DNA from: Clostridia bacterium
GTDB lineage: Bacteria; Bacillota; Clostridia; Oscillospirales; CAG-272
Assembly (NCBI GenBank): GCA_017482495.1
Contig: JAFUMU010000034.1
Coordinates: forward strand, 1-51,648
Length of the DNA: 51,648 nucleotides
Reading direction: 5' to 3'
Positions 45,529 through 51,648 of this stretch are shown here, piece after piece. Numbering within the stretch: the first letter of the stretch is position 1; every line of letters starts with the position of its first letter. The notes beneath the pieces are model-generated. The model saw only the letters and a program-made list of their open reading frames with translations. It did not search any database and was not told the DNA's origin. Both the position numbers and the translations under genes were made by a program.

Positions 45529-46344
45529 GTGAAAACTAAAGTAATCATGATAGCGTCCTCAAAAGGCGGTGTCGGCAAATCCACAGCAGCTCTCGGCATC
45601 TCGGTCCAGCTTGCATTGGCAGGAGAGAGCGTTCTCCTGTGTGACCTTGACTTCGGCAATGCCTGCCTTGATATTCTTGCAGGCGTGGAGGATAGAGTTA
45701 TATATACGGTCAGCGATGCGGCCAACGGCAGATGCACAGCAAAGGAAGCAGTTATAACTGACAGTGATACAGGCATAGCGGGTCTAAGCCTTATGCCATG
45801 CCCTGCAGGCGGAACGGTCATAATATCCGACAAGGAAGACAGCGATTCCGTCTCAGCAGGAAATGTAGCTGACGCCGTAAAGAAAGCGGCTGCAGAGATC
45901 GGGGCAGGATATGTAGTTATAGATACAGGCGCAGGAGTCAACCCCATCACCGATGCTGCATCCGATATTGCAGATACGGTTATAGTAGTGGCAAGCCATA
46001 ATCCCATATCTCTTCGCGCGGCGGAGGGAACAGTAGCACGGCTCAGCGAAAAGGGACACGGAGATATCCGCCTTGTGGTCAATTCCTTTGAAGCAGAAGC
46101 AACAATAAAAAGAAAAGGCCCGAGAAAAGGCCTGCTTGATATTATAGATATGTCCAAAGCACCTCTTGCGGGTGTCATACCGTACGATTATTCCCTTATG
46201 CTCTATCATGAGGGAGTCGGTAAGATCAGCGCTACATCGGAGCGTGCGTTCAGAAATATTGCCTACCGTATAATGGGCAACGATGTTCCTCTTTTTGAGG
46301 GTATCAACAGCATAAGGAAAAGAAGAAAAAAGTTATATCAATAA
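45529..46344 (+). CDS. minD: MinD-family ATPase
   Basis: KGGVGKST deviant Walker A, DLDFGNACLD, YVVIDTGAG, AFRNIAYRIMG..VP; GTG start after GGAGG; followed by mgsA as in Clostridia. Confidence 0.78.
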   Translation: MKTKVIMIASSKGGVGKSTAALGISVQLALAGESVLLCDLDFGNACLDILAGVEDRVIYTVSDAANGRCTAKEAVITDSDTGIAGLSLMPCPAGGTVIISDKEDSDSVSAGNVADAVKKAAAEIGAGYVVIDTGAGVNPITDAASDIADTVIVVASHNPISLRAAEGTVARLSEKGHGDIRLVVNSFEAEATIKRKGPRKGLLDIIDMSKAPLAGVIPYDYSLMLYHEGVGKISATSERAFRNIAYRIMGNDVPLFEGINSIRKRRKKLYQ

Positions 46345-46360
46345 ATAATGGGGGTACAGC

Positions 46361-46795
46361 ATGGAAATAGCAATCATAGCAGACGATTCCAAGAAAGAAT
46401 TGATGACGCAGTTCTGTATAGCATATTGCGGAATGCTTTCAAGACACAGCATATGCTCCACAAGCATTACAGGTAAATATATCGAAGATGCTACAGGACT
46501 GAAAATAGAAAAGCTCCTTCCCGGAAGCCACGGCGGCGTTCAGCAGATATGCTCCAGAGTATCATATAACGAGATCGACCTGGTTCTCGATTTCCGTTCC
46601 TCCGACCCCAACTCATCCTTCTATGAAGAAGAGCTCAACCTTCTCCGCATGTGTGATGCACAGAATGTCCCTGTAGCTACAAATATAGCAACAGCGGAGG
46701 TCCTTGTCTGCGCTCTTGACCGCGGAGACCTTGATTGGCGTGAGATAGTTAACCCCGCCTCAGAATATAACAAAAGAAAGAGAAGCAAAGTCTGA
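46361..46795 (+). CDS. mgsA: Methylglyoxal synthase-like protein (degenerate active site)
   Basis: IAIIADDSKKE, TGKYIEDATGL, GG.QQI, NEIDLV, VATNIATAE, GDLDWRE. Confidence 0.8.
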   Translation: MEIAIIADDSKKELMTQFCIAYCGMLSRHSICSTSITGKYIEDATGLKIEKLLPGSHGGVQQICSRVSYNEIDLVLDFRSSDPNSSFYEEELNLLRMCDAQNVPVATNIATAEVLVCALDRGDLDWREIVNPASEYNKRKRSKV

Positions 46796-46870
46796 TAATA
46801 ACGGGTTGTCTATTCAGAGCATAACTCTGAGCCGGCAGCCCTTTATGTTGTTTTCAGCTTGAAACATTAT

Positions 46871-47653
46871 ATGGCAAAAATAAAAATACTCTGCGTGGGA
46901 GACGTGGTTGGCAACGCAGGCTGCCGCTATCTTGAAGGAGGCAGACTTCGCAGATGTGCATCTTCCCTTGGCGCAGACCTTGTTATCGTTAACGGAGAAA
47001 ATTCCGCCTCGGGCAACGGAATGAGCCGCGAAAGCGCCTCGTCATTGCTGGCAAGCGGAGCCGACGTTGTAACAGGAGGCAACCATACCTTCAAGCGCAG
47101 AGAAATATATGATATGCTGGATGACGAGAGCTCATTGCTCCGTCCTGCAAACTACCCGGGAAGCGTCCCCGGCAACGGATATACTGTAGCAGAGTGTATG
47201 GGCTATCGTATCCTTGTTATCAACCTTCTGGGATGCGTTTATATGGAGAGCCTGGCAAGTCCATTTGAGACGGCAGAAAGGATACTCCGTGAAATGAAAG
47301 GGAAATACGATATTTCAGTTATAGATATACACGCAGAGGCAACAAGCGAAAAAATGTGTCTTGCAAGATATCTTGACGGTCGTGTCAGCGCAGTATTCGG
47401 TACACATACACACGTGCAGACCTCCGACGCACAGGTGCTTCCCGCCGGAACGGGATATATAACAGACCTTGGTATGACCGGCAGTATGAACGGAATTCTT
47501 GGGGTTAAAACTGAAAATATAATTCATAAATTCACAGTTAAGACTCCGATTTTCTTCGAAGCGGCAGAGGGTAACGTCTCAGCCCACGGCGCCGTTTTCA
47601 CAGTAGATACAGATACGGGACTCTGCATTAACGCAGAGTCAGTGATATTCTGA
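46871..47653 (+). CDS. YmdB-like (TIGR00282) metallophosphoesterase
   Basis: GDVVG, NGENSA, TGGNH, RPANYP, HAEATSEK, GTHTHVQT, TDLGMTG. Confidence 0.93.
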   Translation: MAKIKILCVGDVVGNAGCRYLEGGRLRRCASSLGADLVIVNGENSASGNGMSRESASSLLASGADVVTGGNHTFKRREIYDMLDDESSLLRPANYPGSVPGNGYTVAECMGYRILVINLLGCVYMESLASPFETAERILREMKGKYDISVIDIHAEATSEKMCLARYLDGRVSAVFGTHTHVQTSDAQVLPAGTGYITDLGMTGSMNGILGVKTENIIHKFTVKTPIFFEAAEGNVSAHGAVFTVDTDTGLCINAESVIF

Positions 47654-47689
47654 TAAAATAAATAGCTTTTGCATAAAGCGGAGGTTATT

Positions 47690-48976
47690 ATGAATATAAC
47701 AGAACTCAAAAACTATATAAAAAACGGAGAGCTTGATGCACTCCTCTCAGATTCTTGCGCAATTGATCCCGAAAATGCAAGGGGGAAATATATTTCCCTG
47801 TGCGACAGCTTCGAGAAGCGCTTCGGCGCAGACAGAGATGTATATCTCCTTTCTGTCGGCGGAAGAACAGAAGTCTCAGGTAATCATACAGACCATAATA
47901 AGGGCAAGGTAATGGCAGCCGCAGTCAATCTTGAGCTTGTGGCAGTTGCCGCAAAACGTGACGATGGTATTATCTGCGTCAAAAGTGAAGGATTTCCCGA
48001 GGACACAGTCCCACCCGATGCTGCAGAATTCCCCGACGAAAGCAAATATTTCACATCCTATTCCCTCATCGCAGGTATGGAAAATGCATTCATCCTCAGA
48101 GATCTTAATATAGGCGGATTTGACGCATATACAATGTCAAGCGTCATGAAGGGATCGGGGCTTTCATCCTCTGCCGCATTTGAAGTGATGATAGGTAATA
48201 TCCTGAATCACCTTTATAACGACGGTAAGGTGGATAATGTCGAGATCGCAAAAATGGCGCAGTTTGCCGAAAACGTGTTCTTTGGCAAGCCTTGCGGACT
48301 GATGGACCAGATGGCTTGCGCAGTGGGCGGATTTATAGCAATAGACTTCAAGGATACCAATGCACCTGTTATCAAAAAGTTGGACTTCGACCTTGATAAG
48401 GCAGGATATTCCCTGTGCATAATCAATACGGGCGGCAATCACGCAGACCTTAATGAGGACTATGCATCTGTGCCGGCTGAAATGAAAAAGGTAGCAAAGC
48501 TTCTGGGCTGTGACGTACTCCGCCAAACAGACCGCCACACACTTATAAAAAACGCCCCATTGGTGCGCCGGGAAGCAGGCGACAGAGCATTTCTTCGCGC
48601 ACTCCATTTTCTTTCCGAAAACGAAAGAGTGGATACAATAGCCGAAGCTCTTGAAAATAACGACATTAACGGCTTTCTCAACGGTATTAAAGCCTCAGGT
48701 GACTCAAGCTTTAAATATCTGCAGAATGTTTATACAACAAAAAATGTAAGCGAGCAAGGGCTCTCAGTTGCACTTGCACTTACAGAGAGCTACTTCGGTA
48801 ATAATTCCAATGCCGCATGGAGAGTACACGGCGGCGGATTTGCAGGAACCATACAGGTCTTCCTTCCCGAAAGCGAAAAGACAAAATATGTTGAATATAT
48901 GGCAAGCGTGTTTGGAGAAGGCTCCTGCCACCTGCTTTCCGTAAGAGGGGCTGGTGCAATATGCCTCGCAAGGTAA
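47690..48976 (+). CDS. galK: Galactokinase (GHMP kinase family)
   Basis: GRTEVSGNHTDHN, GSGLSSSAAFE, CGLMDQ, RVHGGGFAG. Confidence 0.85.
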   Translation: MNITELKNYIKNGELDALLSDSCAIDPENARGKYISLCDSFEKRFGADRDVYLLSVGGRTEVSGNHTDHNKGKVMAAAVNLELVAVAAKRDDGIICVKSEGFPEDTVPPDAAEFPDESKYFTSYSLIAGMENAFILRDLNIGGFDAYTMSSVMKGSGLSSSAAFEVMIGNILNHLYNDGKVDNVEIAKMAQFAENVFFGKPCGLMDQMACAVGGFIAIDFKDTNAPVIKKLDFDLDKAGYSLCIINTGGNHADLNEDYASVPAEMKKVAKLLGCDVLRQTDRHTLIKNAPLVRREAGDRAFLRALHFLSENERVDTIAEALENNDINGFLNGIKASGDSSFKYLQNVYTTKNVSEQGLSVALALTESYFGNNSNAAWRVHGGGFAGTIQVFLPESEKTKYVEYMASVFGEGSCHLLSVRGAGAICLAR

Positions 48977-49287
48977 AAAACGGGACTAAATATGCCCTTC
49001 TGATCATCGTCAATTTCATATGGATGTTCGTTGTGTACCGCGCAATTCTGATGCTCAGTGAGCACTACGGCACCCTCATCCCATATATCATCTGCGCATC
49101 CGTATACCTCGTTGCGTCCGCATTTCTCCTGGGATTTTATTACTTCAGTACATCAGGAGAGACAGACCCGGTAAAAAAGGAAAAGTATAAGCCCATGCTG
49201 CTGTGGGCATTTCCCATAGTAACAGTGCTTTTGCTTGATGTGCTGGAAGCAGTGGTCCTTGACTATTTTATAAATTTGTTTTCATAG
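48961..49287 (+). CDS. Small membrane protein (3 TM)
   Basis: Fills the gap between galK and pgsA on the same strand; three hydrophobic segments. Confidence 0.65.
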   Translation: MPRKVKNGTKYALLIIVNFIWMFVVYRAILMLSEHYGTLIPYIICASVYLVASAFLLGFYYFSTSGETDPVKKEKYKPMLLWAFPIVTVLLLDVLEAVVLDYFINLFS

Positions 49288-49299
49288 GAGTTTTTTGAA

Positions 49300-49878
49300 A
49301 TGAAGCTGAATCTTCCCAATAAGCTGACACTTTTAAGAATAGTGCTCGTTCCCGTGTTTATGGCATCGATGCTGGCTATTCCCGATGATACGATCTCTCG
49401 CCTTGTGTCCTTTGCAGTTTTTGTAGTAACATCACTGACGGATATGCTGGACGGCAAGATCGCAAGAAAGTATAACCTTATCACAAACTTCGGTAAATTT
49501 ATGGACCCTCTGGCAGATAAATTTATGGTGTTTGGCGCAATGATAGCAATACTGGTAAGATACACCTATCTGACCCCTGTGTTTGTATGGGCGGCATCCA
49601 TCGTAATGTTCAGAGAGCTTGCAGTAACATCCATCCGCCTTGTAGCCGCAGGACAGGAGCATCTTGTCATCGCCGCAAGCTGGCTGGGTAAAGTAAAAAC
49701 AGTAAGCCAGGTGGTGTGCATCTGTACAGTGATCCTCGAGCCCTGTATCCCCTTTTTCCTGTTCAATGATCATCACGTTCTTTCTTACGTAACAATAGCA
49801 TTTATGATAGTAATGACCCTGTGGAGCGGTATAGATTACCTTAAAACATATTGGAAGTTCATTAAGCCCACAGAATAA
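49300..49878 (+). CDS. pgsA: CDP-diacylglycerol--glycerol-3-phosphate 3-phosphatidyltransferase
   Basis: NLPNKLTLLR, TDMLDGKIAR...FGKFMDPLADK, GKVKT. Confidence 0.95.
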   Translation: MKLNLPNKLTLLRIVLVPVFMASMLAIPDDTISRLVSFAVFVVTSLTDMLDGKIARKYNLITNFGKFMDPLADKFMVFGAMIAILVRYTYLTPVFVWAASIVMFRELAVTSIRLVAAGQEHLVIAASWLGKVKTVSQVVCICTVILEPCIPFFLFNDHHVLSYVTIAFMIVMTLWSGIDYLKTYWKFIKPTE

Positions 49879-49887
49879 AGAAAAAAT

Positions 49888-49927
49888 AAACGGGGCCGTC
49901 GCCTTTTGCTTGCGACAGCCCCGTTTC
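49888..49927. terminator. Terminator between pgsA and the convergent small ORF
   Basis: aaacggggccgtcgc...gcgacagccccgttt. Confidence 0.7.
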
Positions 49928-49931
49928 TATG

Positions 49932-50123
49932 TTAATTATTACATTCCTTAAGCTTCATTTCCGCACCGGCTCTTCCTAAACGAACAAGAGCGGCGTATAC
50001 TGCATTATGTATTTCCGGATCGTAATTGCATTTCAGATGCTCCTCCAGCAGCTCAACGTTGCCCTCGTTTTCCGCTTTTTCAAGACGACGCAGAACAGCA
50101 CTGTTGATAAGCCTGTCGCTCAC
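49932..50123 (-). CDS. Small hypothetical protein (63 aa)
   Basis: GTG start preceded by AAAGGGGTGA RBS; helical charged sequence; ends at a terminator. Confidence 0.5.
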   Translation of the reverse strand: MSDRLINSAVLRRLEKAENEGNVELLEEHLKCNYDPEIHNAVYAALVRLGRAGAEMKLKECNN

Positions 50124-50374
50124 CGTTTTATCACCCCTTTCTTTACTATTATATTACTCCGTATTTGTGAATTGTGTGTGAAAATCTATGGTTATTTTCA
50201 TTAATTTGGGCAATTTACACAATGTTCGTAATTTCGACTGAATCGATTCATAAATAACGGCATATACTTTCAGTAGGCGAAATAACGCCGCTTCCCTCTC
50301 ACCTGTAGTTGACCACGCCTCGGGACTGCATACGAGAGGGATTTTTTCGTCCCCCCGAAGGATGGGGGACGGAA

Positions 50375-50860
50375 AATGCAGAATTCAGAGTGCAGAATGC
50401 AGAATTGAGCTACACAAACCCAAGACCCTGTATCCAAGGCTCCCTCCGAGAGGGAGCTGGCGCCGAAGACGACTGAGGGAGTATGCGCAAAGAATCAATT
50501 ATGGCTATCTTCACCCCCCGAGCGATAAGGATGCACGTTTATCCGTTGGGCGGCTTGCCTTCAAGCCGCCGCAACGATAGGTTTAAGCTCGACGAAACGG
50601 CGGGATGAGGGCATCCCGCCCTACAGAGACAGAGGGCACGTTCACCGAAACCAAGAGTGCAGGCTTGTGAAGTACAAACCCAAGACACCTGTAGGGCGGA
50701 GAAAAACCTGACTTTGTCAGGTTAATGCAGAATTCAGAGTGAAGAATGCAGAATTAAGCTGCACGTTCCCAAGCCCCCTGTAGGGCGGCTTGCCTTCAAG
50801 CCGCCGCTTGAATAAATTTAAGCCGTACGAAGCGGCGGGATGATGGCGTCGCTCCCTACG
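50375..50860. repeat. Repeat cluster: two REPIN-like GTAG-REP doublets, GCAGAAT short repeats and other palindromes
   Basis: Inverted REP pairs 50545-50624 and 50780-50859; atgcagaattcagagtg.agaatgcagaatt at ~50375 and ~50725; ggctccctccgagagggagct...gactgaggga at ~50438-50480. Confidence 0.8.
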
Positions 50861-51101
50861 ATAAATGTGCGCCATTCGGCATCGATTTTGCTCTTCCGTA
50901 ATATCTGTGCGGTACGCCGCTGAGAGAAGTGCATAAAAAGGATGAAATGTGTAATATTTTTTTAATATATTCTTATAAAATTGAAAAAAACTATGGAAAA
51001 GTGGAAAGATGTGTGGTATAATAACGTGACGATATCTGTAAAGATATCTTTTTCCTGGTGGTTAGAAACAAACAAAAATATAATTTTGGAGGAACAAACA
51101 A

Positions 51102-51648
51102 ATGGGAAAGAAATTTGTGTACCTTTTCTCTGAGGGCGACGCATCCATGCGCGAACTCCTCGGCGGTAAGGGTGCAAACCTCGCAGAGATGACAAAGATC
51201 GGTCTTCCTGTACCTCAGGGCTTCACAATCTCCACAGAAGCTTGTACACAGTACTATGAAGACGGCAAGATGATCAACGACGATATCCAGGCAGAGATCA
51301 TGGAATACGTTGAAAAGATGGAAGGCATTACCGGCAAGAAGTTCGGCGACCTTGAGAATCCCCTTCTCGTTTCCGTTCGTTCCGGTGCAAGAGCTTCCAT
51401 GCCCGGTATGATGGATACAATCCTCAACCTCGGTCTTAATGAAGAAGTTGTAGAAGTTATGGCTAAGAAGTCCGGCAATGCTCGTTGGGCATGGGACTGC
51501 TACAGAAGATTTATCCAGATGTACTCCGACGTAGTTATGGAAGTTGGTAAGAAGTACTTCGAGGAGCTCATCGATAAGATGAAGGAAGAAAAGGTAGTAA
51601 CACAGGACGTTGACCTTACAGCAGACGACCTCAAGGCTCTCGCAGGCC
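51102..51648 (+). CDS. ppdK: Pyruvate phosphate dikinase, 5' part (truncated by window end)
   Basis: [48 protein letters not shown]...[27 protein letters not shown]; GGAGG RBS. Confidence 0.97.
   Translation, partial: MGKKFVYLFSEGDASMRELLGGKGANLAEMTKIGLPVPQGFTISTEACTQYYEDGKMINDDIQAEIMEYVEKMEGITGKKFGDLENPLLVSVRSGARASMPGMMDTILNLGLNEEVVEVMAKKSGNARWAWDCYRRFIQMYSDVVMEVGKKYFEELIDKMKEEKVVTQDVDLTADDLKALAG

Noticed and set aside
45414-46178. 254-aa ORF antisense to minD
   Set aside because: Ser/Ala-rich shadow translation overlapping a clear gene.
46802-46843. SAM-riboswitch-like hairpin between mgsA and ymdB
   Set aside because: Only a simple stem-loop; lacks the S-box core elements.
50293-50341. 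Purine or ZTP riboswitch
   Set aside because: Does not contain the conserved junction or pseudoknot motifs; kept only as an unassigned structure.

Overview
Bacterial chromosomal segment from a spore-forming Clostridia-class organism (inferred from spoVAC, a T-box, dockerin/cohesin modules and Firmicutes-type gene order; probably a gut or rumen Oscillospirales-like lineage). Most of it is housekeeping: leuD-leuB, ilvA-ridA, a ytrA-type ABC operon, nifS-iscU-mnmA-miaA, nrdR, tRNA-Gln, an EF-G paralogue, thiI, T-box-trpB, fba, pyk, minD-mgsA-ymdB-galK-pgsA and ppdK. Accessory items are interspersed: a MuF-motif/DUF6883-like toxin-immunity pair, an orphan glycyl-radical enzyme, a clan GH-D-like hydrolase, an orphan holin-holin-endolysin cassette, an ECF sigma/anti-sigma-transglutaminase locus and a cohesin-dockerin protein. 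The most striking signal is non-coding. A ~335-bp multi-hairpin element occurs three times between convergent genes (4462-4795, 14956-15292, ~35905-36180), with two further partial copies. Its internal three-hairpin core lies in opposite orientations in different copies (flip/flop-like isomers) and its stems show compensatory changes. A second family of GTAG-type REP/REPIN arrays is also present. No CRISPR array, rRNA, transposase or integrase was seen. All protein assignments come from motif recognition by eye, not database searches.
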